A DNA stretch of 64,000 nucleotides from Candidatus Parcubacteria bacterium (GCA_026395595.1 JAPLYL010000005.1:12853-76852), one strand, 5' to 3'; shown: positions 48,611-58,979, counted from the first letter of the stretch. Notes: generated by a model not told the origin, from the letters alone. Made by a program: numbers and translations.

Positions 48611-51265
48611 ATGAATAATCATTCCAACTCACAATCGCTTTCGGAAATTTTTGAGACGCTCCGCACGAGAAAAAACGGTCTCACCGGAGAAGAAGCAAAA
48701 AGAAGACTGGACGAATACGGACTGAATAAGTTACCGGATGCCAAGGCTGATAGCCTTGCGGTTATTTTCTTTCGTCAATTCCAAAGCCCTCTTATTTATA
48801 TATTGCTCGGAGCAAGCGTTCTCGTCTTTTTTATCGGCGAAAAAACTGACAGTTTGATCATTCTTGCCGTACTTTTTTTCAATGCCATTATAGGAACCGT
48901 TCAAGAAGGAAAAGCGCAAAATACACTGATTGCTCTTAAAAATTTTGTGGAAACCAAAGCCACCGTTCTTCGCGATGGAATAGAAATTATTATTTCAGGC
49001 ACCGAGATTGTTCCCGGCGATATCATTGTTCTTCAGGAAGGAGAAAAAATCCCCGCAGATGCCCGAATAACCCTCTCCAAGAATCTTACTATTGATGAAT
49101 CAGCTCTTACCGGAGAATCAGAACCGGTACACAAAACATCCGAAAATATGCCGGACTCAGAAGAACAAAATTTGCTTTTCAAGGGAACTCATATCGTCGC
49201 GGGACGAGGAATGGCGGTAGTTACTGCCACCGCGCTTAATACCAAAATTGGAAAGATCGCCGAAGAAATCACCACGGTTGAATCAGAAATTCCTCTCAAA
49301 ACAAATATCCGCGACCTCTCCCGCCTTATCGTCATCGTCGTAGCCGTTACCTGCATATTTCTTTTTATTGCCGGGACTTTATCGGGAAAATCCCCTACAG
49401 AAATGTTTACCACAGTCGTAGCTCTTTCTGTTTCCATTATTCCCGAGGGTCTCCCTATTGTTATGACGCTTGTTCTTGCGAGCGGAGTTTGGAGAATGTC
49501 AAAACAGGGAGTACTCATAAAAAAACTTCAAGCAGTTGAAGCCTTGGGACAAGCAAAGGTTATTGCCGTAGACAAAACAGGAACCATTACCAAAAATGAA
49601 ATGGTCGTTCAAAAGGTATATATTGACGGAAAAACTTTTGAGATAGGAGGTATCGGTTATGAACCGAAAGGAGAAATTTCTTTAAACAAAACAGCTCTTG
49701 ACTCAGCCAACCACCCGGAACTTTTGTTCATCGGAAAGATTGCCTCACTCTGTTCCAATGCCAGCGTAAAATACTCGGAAGATGCCAAAGAATGGAGGGT
49801 AAGCGGAGACCCCACAGAGGCTGCCATCCTCGTCATCTCTCAAAAACTTGGCTTCCGCAAAGAAGAATTATTCCGCGAATCGCCGCTTCTTTCAGAGATT
49901 ACGTTTGATTACCGAAACAAATACCGCGCCACACTCAATCAAATCGGCGATAAAAAATTTATTTCTGTTATAGGCGCTCCGGAAACCATACTCCGTGAAT
50001 GCAAAAAAATATGGAAAGATGGAAAAGAACATGCGATAACGGAAAACGATAAAAAAGAAATTAACTCGGTACTTCTTTCTCTTTCTCAAAAAGGATTGCG
50101 GGTTGTTGCAGTTGCCGAACGGCACAGCTCTCACGACACAATAAACAAAGAAAACATCCGAGATATAACCTTCGTCGGATTCCTCGGAATGAAAGACGCT
50201 CTCCGGTCAGAAGTCGCCGATGCCATAAAAAAAACGACTGAAGCGGGAATACGAGTGGTTATGATTACGGGAGATTATGAAATTACCGCGATGGCAATTG
50301 CGCAAGAAGCGGGTATTTACCATGAAGGAGATATTCTTCTGACAGGAAAAGAAATTGATCAACTTTCAGAAAAAGAACTTTCAGAAAAACTTGGTAAAAC
50401 CTCGGTATTCGCCCGAGTAACCCCAGAGCATAAACTTCGCATTATCCAAGCATATAAAGCGAGAGGAGAGATTATCGCTATGACAGGAGACGGGGTGAAC
50501 GACGCGCCGTCGCTTGTCGCGGCAGATCTCGGGGTGGCCATGGGAAAAGTCGGAACAGAAGTAGCAAAAGAGGCTTCCGATATCGTGCTTCTTGACGACA
50601 ATTTTGGAAGTATCATATCGGCAGTAGAGGAAGGCCGGGGAATTTACAAAACCATTAAAAAAGTCATTCTTTATCTATTTTCTACGAACGTCGGAGAAGT
50701 ATTCACTATTGCCGGAGCTATTTTTATCGGTTTTCCTCTTCCTATCCTTCCCGTGCAAATCATTTGGCTCAATTTCGTAACCGACGGTTTCCTTGATGTT
50801 GCGCTGGCAATGAGCCCAAAAGGAAAAAGGATTCTTTCCGAGAAATTTCAACACCCGCAAAAATATCTGGTAGATAAACTCATGTCATTCCGGATAGTCC
50901 TCATGGCAGTACCGATGGCTATCGGAACACTCTGGCTTTTTTCCAAATACTATCAAACGGATATGACAAAAGCGTGGACGATGTCGCTCGTAACTCTCGC
51001 GGTCTTCCAGTGGTTCAACGCATGGAATTGCCGATCAGACAAAAAATCCATTTTCACCAGTAACCCGTTCTCAAACTTATACCTCGTCGGAGCGACCGCT
51101 ATCGTCATATCCCTCCAATTTTTTGCCATATACAACCCTTTCATGCAAAAAATTCTCCATACTGTTCCCCTCCAGTCGAATGAATGGATCATGATTATTT
51201 TTGTCGCATCTTCTATTGTAGTAATAGAAGAAATACGAAAATTCCTTTATCGGAAACAAAATTGA
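48611..51265 (+). CDS. Cation-transporting P-type ATPase (type IIA, Ca2+-like)
   Basis: LTGES, IPEGLP, DKTGT, GDPTE, TGDGVND, IIWLNFVTDG. Confidence 0.95.
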   Translation: MNNHSNSQSLSEIFETLRTRKNGLTGEEAKRRLDEYGLNKLPDAKADSLAVIFFRQFQSPLIYILLGASVLVFFIGEKTDSLIILAVLFFNAIIGTVQEGKAQNTLIALKNFVETKATVLRDGIEIIISGTEIVPGDIIVLQEGEKIPADARITLSKNLTIDESALTGESEPVHKTSENMPDSEEQNLLFKGTHIVAGRGMAVVTATALNTKIGKIAEEITTVESEIPLKTNIRDLSRLIVIVVAVTCIFLFIAGTLSGKSPTEMFTTVVALSVSIIPEGLPIVMTLVLASGVWRMSKQGVLIKKLQAVEALGQAKVIAVDKTGTITKNEMVVQKVYIDGKTFEIGGIGYEPKGEISLNKTALDSANHPELLFIGKIASLCSNASVKYSEDAKEWRVSGDPTEAAILVISQKLGFRKEELFRESPLLSEITFDYRNKYRATLNQIGDKKFISVIGAPETILRECKKIWKDGKEHAITENDKKEINSVLLSLSQKGLRVVAVAERHSSHDTINKENIRDITFVGFLGMKDALRSEVADAIKKTTEAGIRVVMITGDYEITAMAIAQEAGIYHEGDILLTGKEIDQLSEKELSEKLGKTSVFARVTPEHKLRIIQAYKARGEIIAMTGDGVNDAPSLVAADLGVAMGKVGTEVAKEASDIVLLDDNFGSIISAVEEGRGIYKTIKKVILYLFSTNVGEVFTIAGAIFIGFPLPILPVQIIWLNFVTDGFLDVALAMSPKGKRILSEKFQHPQKYLVDKLMSFRIVLMAVPMAIGTLWLFSKYYQTDMTKAWTMSLVTLAVFQWFNAWNCRSDKKSIFTSNPFSNLYLVGATAIVISLQFFAIYNPFMQKILHTVPLQSNEWIMIIFVASSIVVIEEIRKFLYRKQN

Positions 51266-51338
51266 CTTTGACTCTAAAAATAAGTACAGTTATGACTGAA
51301 TAAACCTACCGTTCTTTTACTCTCAAGGAGAAATATCA

Positions 51339-51980
51339 TTGGAAATTTATCATATCTTTACAGAATTTATCTTTGCCAACAGTAAGATTATTTTGGGAAG
51401 TATCGGCGCACTTCTCGGCTTTGCGGGTTATATCCATTATTATATAAATATCTTCCTCCGAGGAGGAAATAAACCGAGTCTTTTTACTTGGGTCCCCTTA
51501 TCGCTTGTCGTCGGTTTCGGGTTCTACGCGCAATTAAAAACAGGCGGTCTCTGGGGATCGGCAGTAACCGGAGCTACTGCGCTTAACGTCTTTATCGTTG
51601 CAATCATCTCTCTTTTTTGTGAAAAACAAAAACCTCTATGGAGTGATTGGGTATGTTTTATCGGTGCCCTCATTGCGATCATCTGGTGGAGAACTTCATA
51701 TGGACTGATCATGCCCGTGGTTATCGTTTCTTTTACCAATATTATCGCTTTTTACCCTACATGGAGAAACGGATACCGAGACCCATTCAAGGAAACGCTC
51801 TGGATGTGGTTTCTGAATTGCATAAAATTCGTTTTCGGGATAGCTGCGATTAAGACATACAGCATCACTACGCTACTCTTTCCTCTCTCCATCGCAACGA
51901 TAGACGGCGCTTTTTTCCTCGCTATTTTCTTTCGGAGAAAATATCTCCGTTTCAAAAAAAATTCTGTCATAGCAGAATAA
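51339..51980 (+). CDS. Multi-pass membrane protein (probable homologue of 17328-17921)
   Basis: KPSLFTW, YPTWR...DPFKE motifs; AAGGAG SD with TTG start. Confidence 0.78.
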   Translation: MEIYHIFTEFIFANSKIILGSIGALLGFAGYIHYYINIFLRGGNKPSLFTWVPLSLVVGFGFYAQLKTGGLWGSAVTGATALNVFIVAIISLFCEKQKPLWSDWVCFIGALIAIIWWRTSYGLIMPVVIVSFTNIIAFYPTWRNGYRDPFKETLWMWFLNCIKFVFGIAAIKTYSITTLLFPLSIATIDGAFFLAIFFRRKYLRFKKNSVIAE

Positions 51981-52023
51981 GAAAAACCCCGCAATCGCGG
52001 TAGCGATTTTACGGGGTTTTATT

Positions 52024-52377
52024 TTATGACTTTGCGGTCAATAGATAGTATTCATCCAAAGCATCAATAAGTTCTGCACTAGAGGTCATTGCGGGGCCTC
52101 CGCCCATAACCATGGCCACTTCATAGACGCTCATGATTTCTTCGCGTGTTACGCCGAGTTTTTTGCAGGCTTGCACATGCAGAATAATGCAATTATGACA
52201 GCGAACGGAAAGAGCGATTCCGAGAGCAATCAGTTCTTTTGTTTTGGCGTCAACCGCTCCCGAGGCCATGGCTTTTTCATGAAATGCGCCCCATGCTTTC
52301 ATCGTATCCGGCAAAGCGGTTCGAGCTCCTCTCATGCCTTTTTTAATACTTTCAAATTTTTCAGCTGCTTGCGTCAT
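52024..52377 (-). CDS. AhpD-like carboxymuconolactone decarboxylase family protein
   Basis: KTKELIALGIA...CHNCI..H, MGGGPA; AAGGAGG SD. Confidence 0.92.
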   Translation of the reverse strand: MTQAAEKFESIKKGMRGARTALPDTMKAWGAFHEKAMASGAVDAKTKELIALGIALSVRCHNCIILHVQACKKLGVTREEIMSVYEVAMVMGGGPAMTSSAELIDALDEYYLLTAKS

Positions 52378-52471
52378 GCTTCCTCCTTTGGTTTGAGAAC
52401 ATAACCGTTCGTACTCTACCACAAAAGGCAAAAAAGAAAAGCTCCGCAAAAGCGGAGCTTTTCTTTTTGTA

Positions 52472-52783
52472 TTAGACGGTCTCGGCTTTCACTTCCGTGA
52501 AGTTTTGGCGATGACCTCTTTTTTTGAAGTAACGGCTTTTTTGTTTGTATTTGATGGTGGTAACCTTTTTAGCTCTTCCGTTTCCGATAAAACCGCATTC
52601 AACGGTAGCTCCTTCAATATACGGAGTTCCAATTTCAATCTTTCCGTCTTCCGAAGTCAAAAGAACCTTGTCAAAAATGACCGTTTCTCCTTCCTTGGCT
52701 TCAGCAAGTTTTTCAACCCGAAACGATTGTCCCGGTTCAATTCTATATTGTTTTCCTCCTGTTTCTATAATGGCGAATTTCAT
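52472..52783 (-). CDS. rplU: 50S ribosomal protein L21
   Basis: AIIETGGKQY, IGTPY, GHRQ. Confidence 0.97.
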   Translation of the reverse strand: MKFAIIETGGKQYRIEPGQSFRVEKLAEAKEGETVIFDKVLLTSEDGKIEIGTPYIEGATVECGFIGNGRAKKVTTIKYKQKSRYFKKRGHRQNFTEVKAETV

Positions 52784-52889
52784 AGTTCCTCTATCTTACA
52801 GGAAATCTCAAGAAAAAGCAACCCTTTTCGTCCTTTCCATGTGTTTACCATTAAATGGCTTAAAATAAGGATAAATTACGCCAAACTGG

Positions 52890-54287
52890 CTATTTTACCA
52901 GTTTGAACCACGTTTTCTTCCCCGCTTTGACAATATCGCCGTCTTTTACAGAAAGCTTCTCGTGGATGTCGGAAACCTTTTCTTCATTCAAGCTTATTGC
53001 CCCTTGGTCAAAAAGCCGGCGTATTTCCGAGTTGCTTTTATCTTCCCCCTCAAAGCATTTCTGCAGAAGTTCCAACGCTTCATACTTTTTCTCAGATACA
53101 TTCACTTCCGGCATATTCTCGGGCACCCCTCCTTTTTGAAAAGTATTCACGAATTCTTCTTCCGCCTCAATGGCCTTCGCTTCTCCATGATAAATGGAAA
53201 CGATTTCTTTCGCCAAACGCATCTTGGCATCGCGCGGATTCCCTCCCTTTTCTATCTTTTCAAAAATTTCTTTTACCATGTCTAACGGCGTGTACGTGCA
53301 AAGCTCAAAATAGGTTTTCAGCGCCGTATCAGGAACAGACATGATCTTCCCGTACATATCGGAGGGTTCATCAGTAATGGCAACATAATTATCCAAGCTC
53401 TTACTCATTTTTTCTTTTCCGTCTGTGCCGACGAGCAATTCAAAAGAGAGTACTGATTGTTCCACTGCTTTGTTCGCTTTCATAACATCGCGTCCCATCA
53501 GCATGTTGAACGTCTGATCGGTTCCTCCGACCTCCAAATCGCAACTGCCGTATAAATGAGAAATGATAAGCGAGTCTATTCCCTGAATGACCGGATACAG
53601 CATTTCGTGCATATAAAGTTCCTCGCCGTTTTCTATCCTCTCCTGAAACATATCGCGCTGAATAAGCCTGCCGTGAGTAATATGTTTGAGCGTCCAGAGC
53701 AATCCCTGAAACGTGATGCTTTCAATTCCCTCTTTATGAAGGTGCGTTCTCTGCATTCTCGTCTGGTCAAAAATAGCGGCCTTGGACAAAAATGAATTTG
53801 CCGGAAAGGTCAAAGATTTTCCTTCTTGCGTTACGGTAACGGCATTCGGAGAAAAAATATCGGCAACACCGTAGAACCAATCGGAATTGCGAATCCAAGA
53901 AAACACCTTTTCGTCCGTGCGAAGAATTTTCCCCACCTGATCCAAATAGGTTTTCATATTCGCTTCCACTTCTTTCTGTTCCACTTCCGGGCGGACTTTA
54001 CTCTTGCCGGTCGGGTCTCCTATTTGCGCGGTGTAATCGCCGATAAGAAAAATGATCTTGCAACCCATGTCTTGCAAGCTCCTCAATTTCCGCAGAACAA
54101 CCGAATGACCCAAATGAATATCGGGCCGCGTCGGGTCAACGCCGAATTTTATAATAATATCTTGAGGATATTCCCCTTTCGCTTTTGCCAGCAATTTCTT
54201 CCTGAAAGCGTCGTCCGGGTCCACAAACTTCCCCACCCCTCGCGAGAAAATGTCCCCAATCTTCTTCTCAATTTCTTTAGTTTCCAT
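52890..54287 (-). CDS. tyrS: Tyrosine--tRNA ligase
   Basis: GVDPT..DIHLGH, GDPTGK, GGTDQ.FN, KMSKS, C-terminal S4 domain. Confidence 0.96.
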   Translation of the reverse strand: METKEIEKKIGDIFSRGVGKFVDPDDAFRKKLLAKAKGEYPQDIIIKFGVDPTRPDIHLGHSVVLRKLRSLQDMGCKIIFLIGDYTAQIGDPTGKSKVRPEVEQKEVEANMKTYLDQVGKILRTDEKVFSWIRNSDWFYGVADIFSPNAVTVTQEGKSLTFPANSFLSKAAIFDQTRMQRTHLHKEGIESITFQGLLWTLKHITHGRLIQRDMFQERIENGEELYMHEMLYPVIQGIDSLIISHLYGSCDLEVGGTDQTFNMLMGRDVMKANKAVEQSVLSFELLVGTDGKEKMSKSLDNYVAITDEPSDMYGKIMSVPDTALKTYFELCTYTPLDMVKEIFEKIEKGGNPRDAKMRLAKEIVSIYHGEAKAIEAEEEFVNTFQKGGVPENMPEVNVSEKKYEALELLQKCFEGEDKSNSEIRRLFDQGAISLNEEKVSDIHEKLSVKDGDIVKAGKKTWFKLVK

Positions 54288-54385
54288 ACTCTATAATTTA
54301 ACACAAACCGACGTTTTTAGCCAAAAAAACGTCACCTGAATAAATGTGGATAAAACTCTTGATTTGAATACCCAATTGACAGTAC

Positions 54386-55384
54386 CTATAGAATTATTCT
54401 TTTTTCAAACTCTTCATAATTTTTTAAAAGATACCCAATCCGGTAATTATCCATTTTCAAAAACAAGTCTACTCGTTTATTATTTTTCAAATAATGCTCG
54501 CTCTCAACCCATACCCTGTGAAAAGATTTTGTGTAAAACATTTTTAGCCCCCTCGCAAGTTCATCTTTTGGAATAGGGTATATATCCGAATATGAATCAA
54601 TATATCGTCTCGCATTTTTAAAACCTTTTTCATTAATTCCGCCGTTGAAAAAGATATATATCATAGACCGAAGCAACTCTTGCGTTCTTGGACAATACTC
54701 GGCTTTCTCAAAGTCAAAGACATGAGAAACCTTATTGTTTTTATCAAAAAAGACATTATGCTCCAAATAATCACCATGAATAAGATGGTCGCTCGGCAGA
54801 TCAAAATCTTCATAAACAAGAGAGTCTTTTAAGATAAGGTTCTTTTTTACTTGTATGCCTTTAAGAGCATCAGTGTCAAAGCCTGAAGGTTGCGATATTT
54901 TTTGTATTTCCGTCTCAATCAAAGATATCTCCTTAAGTGTTTTTTCTTTATCCCACGGTTTGAATATAGATTTTAAAGGAAGTTCTGAACTCTTTCCCAA
55001 AAGATGCATTTTCCCGAGCATCTCGGCCAAAGAAATAATGTCGGAATCAGTGAGGTTTTTCCCTTCTGTTTGAATATCCGAAATAAAAGGGAAAATTGCG
55101 TAAAACTCTCCATCAAAATGAAAAAAGGTTCTTCCCTCCTTCGTTGAAAGAGGAAGAATAACCGGAACCCCTCCGTCAGAAAAATACTTTTTAACAGAGT
55201 GGACTTCCAAAACCTTTTCTTCGTTGTCAAAACGATATTTCTTCAGAAAGAATTTAATATCTCCGTCATAAAGTACATTATTTTCAGACAAATACCCCTT
55301 CTGCACTCGTTCAAGAAACAAGAGCTTGATTCCATAAAGTTCATAGATGCGCCCAAGCAAGTTTTCCATATTAGTTTTCAGCAT
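54386..55384 (-). CDS. Phosphotransferase (APH/type II homoserine kinase-like)
   Basis: FFLKKY, LIHGDY...N, VFDFE. Confidence 0.85.
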   Translation of the reverse strand: MLKTNMENLLGRIYELYGIKLLFLERVQKGYLSENNVLYDGDIKFFLKKYRFDNEEKVLEVHSVKKYFSDGGVPVILPLSTKEGRTFFHFDGEFYAIFPFISDIQTEGKNLTDSDIISLAEMLGKMHLLGKSSELPLKSIFKPWDKEKTLKEISLIETEIQKISQPSGFDTDALKGIQVKKNLILKDSLVYEDFDLPSDHLIHGDYLEHNVFFDKNNKVSHVFDFEKAEYCPRTQELLRSMIYIFFNGGINEKGFKNARRYIDSYSDIYPIPKDELARGLKMFYTKSFHRVWVESEHYLKNNKRVDLFLKMDNYRIGYLLKNYEEFEKRIIL

Positions 55385-55441
55385 ATCACAAAAAACCGCT
55401 TGAAAAAAGCGGTTTTTTGCAGATTATTTTTTTCTAAACTT

Positions 55442-57067
55442 TTACTCCTCGCTCATTAATTCCACGAAAAACGTGGCGCCTTTGCCTTCACCCTCGGATT
55501 CGGCCCAGATTTTGCCGTGGTGGGACTTCATCATTTCTTGGGCGATGTATAAACCGATGCCGTTGCCGTCGGCATAGGTTTTTTGCACGTCTTTGGCGCG
55601 GTTGAATTTTTGGAAGAGATTGCTGATGGTTTCCGGAGACATTCCGATACCGCTGTCGTGGATGGAAATGCGCGTTTTGTTCGTCATGAAATCTTTTGTC
55701 AAAGAAACTTCAACGGACTGCCCTTCTTTGCTGTATTTGATCGCGTTGTCTATCAAGTTTGAAAGCACCTGACGGATTTTATTGTCGTCCGCCGTAACAT
55801 TGTAATTCCCGTTGCCGTCATCAGTAAAACGCAGTTCTTTCTTCTCGTTTTTCGCCCGCGTGGAAAATTCTTCAACCATTCCGGAAAGAAGTCCGCGCAT
55901 TTCCACGGTGCTAAACGTATACACCATTTTCCCTTGTTCTATATGGCTGATGGTCAAGAAGTCATCAATTGTTCCCGCAAGCCGCCGACTGGACTCATAC
56001 ACCTTATCCACCACTTCCGCCGCCTTGTCGGAAAGTTTCCCGTAAGACCCCTCCAACAGCATGGAAGAATATCCGATAATAGCCGTAAGCGGAGTCCTCA
56101 ACTGATGCGAAGCAATGGAAACAAATTCCGATTTCTGCTTGTCCAAAACACGAAGGTGTTCATTGGCAAGTTCAAGTTCCTTGGCAAGCTTTTCAGCGTA
56201 TTCTCTACTTTCAACATCTTTGAGAACACCCTTCACCAACAAAAAAGAGAAGAATGTTACCATACCCAATAAAGCAATTCGTATAGCGATTTCTTTTCCC
56301 GATTGAGAAAGGAATACTTCTCCAAAAAACACAGAAACAATAAGGAGGGCGAATATCTCTGTCGCAACAATTTTAATATCCAGCAGGTGATGTCTCACTA
56401 TCGCGTATGCGATCGTAAGCGACATGGCAATAGAAGTTACGGGACCAAGCCAAAAAAAACGGAAAGAACCAAGGGCGGGAGCGATAAGGTTCACAGAAAG
56501 ACCGCTTACCGTGGTGATTAAAGTCCCCACCAAAACATAAGCGATTTGAACTTTAATTATTCCGTCATTCTTAAAATACTTGCGAATCAACCTAACATAA
56601 CCCCATAAAAAATAAAAAACGATATATGCCCCGTACGATAAATATCCTTCGCCGAAGGTGATGATTTTATATCCTGAAAGAGATTGGTTTATCTCCCGAA
56701 TAATAAACCCATCCATCATAACCAAAAACATTATCAGCAAAGCGGGCAAAGAAATAAGGAGGCTGTTTCTATAATCCAAAACAGCCTCTTCTTCGGGAAA
56801 TGTGTAGGTAAAAAATACAAAAAAAAGCGGTATTAAACAGGCCACAACATACAAACTTTCTGTAACAATACGAAGGTAGACACTTTGAACAGAGATGGTT
56901 TCAAAAAAGAATCGAACAAGCGCCCAAAGAGCGACAGAAAAAGAGATGGAAGAAAAGAAAAAACCGTTTCTTTTTGCTTTTGCATTTGCATATATAATAA
57001 AACCCAAAACCAAATCCACCGCCACAGCAGCAAGCAAACTTATACTTGAAAAACTAATTATTGGCAT
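55442..57067 (-). CDS. Sensor histidine kinase with 7TM-type N-terminal domain
   Basis: About 9 TM helices, SHQLRTPL H-box, NLIDNAIKY, DSGIG, GIGLYI, GKGATF. Confidence 0.95.
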   Translation of the reverse strand: MPIISFSSISLLAAVAVDLVLGFIIYANAKAKRNGFFFSSISFSVALWALVRFFFETISVQSVYLRIVTESLYVVACLIPLFFVFFTYTFPEEEAVLDYRNSLLISLPALLIMFLVMMDGFIIREINQSLSGYKIITFGEGYLSYGAYIVFYFLWGYVRLIRKYFKNDGIIKVQIAYVLVGTLITTVSGLSVNLIAPALGSFRFFWLGPVTSIAMSLTIAYAIVRHHLLDIKIVATEIFALLIVSVFFGEVFLSQSGKEIAIRIALLGMVTFFSFLLVKGVLKDVESREYAEKLAKELELANEHLRVLDKQKSEFVSIASHQLRTPLTAIIGYSSMLLEGSYGKLSDKAAEVVDKVYESSRRLAGTIDDFLTISHIEQGKMVYTFSTVEMRGLLSGMVEEFSTRAKNEKKELRFTDDGNGNYNVTADDNKIRQVLSNLIDNAIKYSKEGQSVEVSLTKDFMTNKTRISIHDSGIGMSPETISNLFQKFNRAKDVQKTYADGNGIGLYIAQEMMKSHHGKIWAESEGEGKGATFFVELMSEE

Positions 57068-57113
57068 AGGTACAGTGGTACAGGATTATTTGATAATGAA
57101 AACGTAAACTTTT

Positions 57114-57788
57114 TTATTTTAAAATTTCTCCTACCCCCCCCATAACTTTTTCAGTAGCAATTTTTTTATAGTCTTGAGGAACCGGATTTTCATATCCTTC
57201 AAACAGTTCTTCCGGATAAATCGGTTTTCCGAATCGTATCGTCACGAAACGCTTTCGCAAAAGAAATTCTTTCAAGGTTATATGCAAAATTCCCGAAACG
57301 GCAACTGGAACGATTGGAACATTTGCCGCTTTTGCCAAAGCGACAACACCGCCCTTTGCTTCGGACAAACCCCCATCTTTACTCCTGTGTCCTTCGGGGA
57401 AAATAGCAACATTTTTCCCTTCTTTCAAAAGTTTTATATGCGAAGCGAGCGATTTTTCATAATCTTTAACTCCGAAAACAGCAGAATAAACACCAAAACA
57501 ATGCAAAACTGTTTCCGTGTAAAAAAATGAACCGGATAAGCCTTCTTTATAAAACTTTTCTTCTCGAGCGATAAAATAGAGAGGCAGTATTCTTGAAAAC
57601 AAATTAAAACTCCCGGAAATCAGTAGCCCGTCCCCCTCGCTTACATGATTAGCCGCGAAGATAATACCGTTTTTCAATCCTTTCAAATTTTCTTTTCCGC
57701 AGACCTGAAAATGCAGAAAAAAGGCAAACAGGGGTCTCCCGATAAGCCAAGCAAGACGTTGTGATAGTGAAGCGATAATATGCATCAT
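57114..57788 (-). CDS. Lysophospholipid acyltransferase (PlsC family)
   Basis: NHVSEGD (HX4D), IFPEG, PIVPVA, FGKP. Confidence 0.9.
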   Translation of the reverse strand: MMHIIASLSQRLAWLIGRPLFAFFLHFQVCGKENLKGLKNGIIFAANHVSEGDGLLISGSFNLFSRILPLYFIAREEKFYKEGLSGSFFYTETVLHCFGVYSAVFGVKDYEKSLASHIKLLKEGKNVAIFPEGHRSKDGGLSEAKGGVVALAKAANVPIVPVAVSGILHITLKEFLLRKRFVTIRFGKPIYPEELFEGYENPVPQDYKKIATEKVMGGVGEILK

Positions 57789-57846
57789 AAAGGTATATCT
57801 ATTATACCAACAAAAAGCACAAAAGCCCATAAGACAGTCTTCTGTC

Positions 57847-58160
57847 TCAACTTCGGTAAACTTCGGAGATTTTTGTCATTACTTTTTCATTCGCGATTTT
57901 TTTATAGTCCTTTTCTGTCGGATTTTCATATCCTTCAAAAAGTTCTTCGGGATAAATCGGTTTTCCAAAACGAACAACGGCTTTGTGTCTTCTCAGTAAA
58001 AAGTCTTTCAATTTTATTCTGTAAAGTCCGGAAATGGCAACAGGAATAATGGGCAGACCTGTTATTTGAGACAATGCTACGATTCCTCCTTTTGCTTCTC
58101 CCATTTTTCCATCTTTGCTTATTCCTCCTTCCGGAAAAAAACCGACATTTCTTCCCTTGC
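57847..58160 (-). pseudogene. C-terminal half of a second PlsC-family gene, truncated at the transposase end
   Basis: Frame reads ...GRNVGFFPEGG...EAKGG...RFGKPIYPEELFEGYENP up to the repeat at ~58161; HX4D half missing. Confidence 0.82.
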
Positions 58161-58162
58161 GG

Positions 58163-58966
58163 GGAATCCGGGACAGGAATCCGGGACAGTCACGATTATT
58201 TCATAAAATCTGTGTCATAATATACTAAAACTACATCTTTCTTGGTCTTCCTGAACATCGCTTGGTTGATTCAAGATGATGGTTGGCAATCATCGTATCA
58301 ACCCAAGCATCCCTTCCATAAGGAACCCCTTTATTGATTGAAGTACGAATTAAAGAAATCTCTTCTTCTTTTTCCGGAGTATTTACCCATTGAGAATAAG
58401 CATCGGGAATTGGCGTAGGAGAATCATCTAAGAGTTTTTGTTCTTCCTGTGTTCCACTTACTCGTCGCCATGAGCTTCCCCACCGCCAATCTTCACATCT
58501 TTCTGAAAGCTTTGCACGAACAGGATTTCTTTCCACGTATTTGATTAAAGAGAGAAGGTAACTATCATTATCCACCAAAAAAGATTTGTATCTTCCTTGA
58601 TACAGATGACCTGTCCCAATCGTTTTTGTCTGCACATGATAGTTTCTGGTATGAGAGTTGGAAAGACGATGCATAAAAATCCCCATGTCCCCGTCATTTT
58701 TCGGAGAAAGAACAAAGTGCCAATGATTCGGCATTATTGTGTAAGCTATTATGCTCATACCAGTAAGTTCTTTTGCTTCCGATATTAATTTCTCAAAAAG
58801 TTGGTAATCTTCTTTGGTGCGGAAAATAGTCAAACGTCCATTGGCGCGATTGATGACATGATATACTTCATTGGCGAGATCAACTCGAGCAAGTCTTGGC
58901 ATAAACTTTTATATTATATCATAGATTTCAGAAAAGAACCGTGACTGTCCCGGATTCCGCGGATTC
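58163..58966 (-). mobile_element. Y1/RAYT transposase unit bounded by inverted repeats
   Basis: GGAATCCGGGACAGTCACG (58176-58194) and its exact reverse complement (58940-58958), extending imperfectly to ~49 bp. Confidence 0.85.
58231..58902 (-). CDS. HUH Y1 transposase (IS200-like/REP-associated tyrosine transposase)
   Basis: MPRLAR, YHVINR, MPNHWH (HUH), GHLYQGRY, YVERNPVRA, WGSS. Confidence 0.93.
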   Translation of the reverse strand: MPRLARVDLANEVYHVINRANGRLTIFRTKEDYQLFEKLISEAKELTGMSIIAYTIMPNHWHFVLSPKNDGDMGIFMHRLSNSHTRNYHVQTKTIGTGHLYQGRYKSFLVDNDSYLLSLIKYVERNPVRAKLSERCEDWRWGSSWRRVSGTQEEQKLLDDSPTPIPDAYSQWVNTPEKEEEISLIRTSINKGVPYGRDAWVDTMIANHHLESTKRCSGRPRKM

Positions 58967-58979
58967 AACGGATTTCCCG

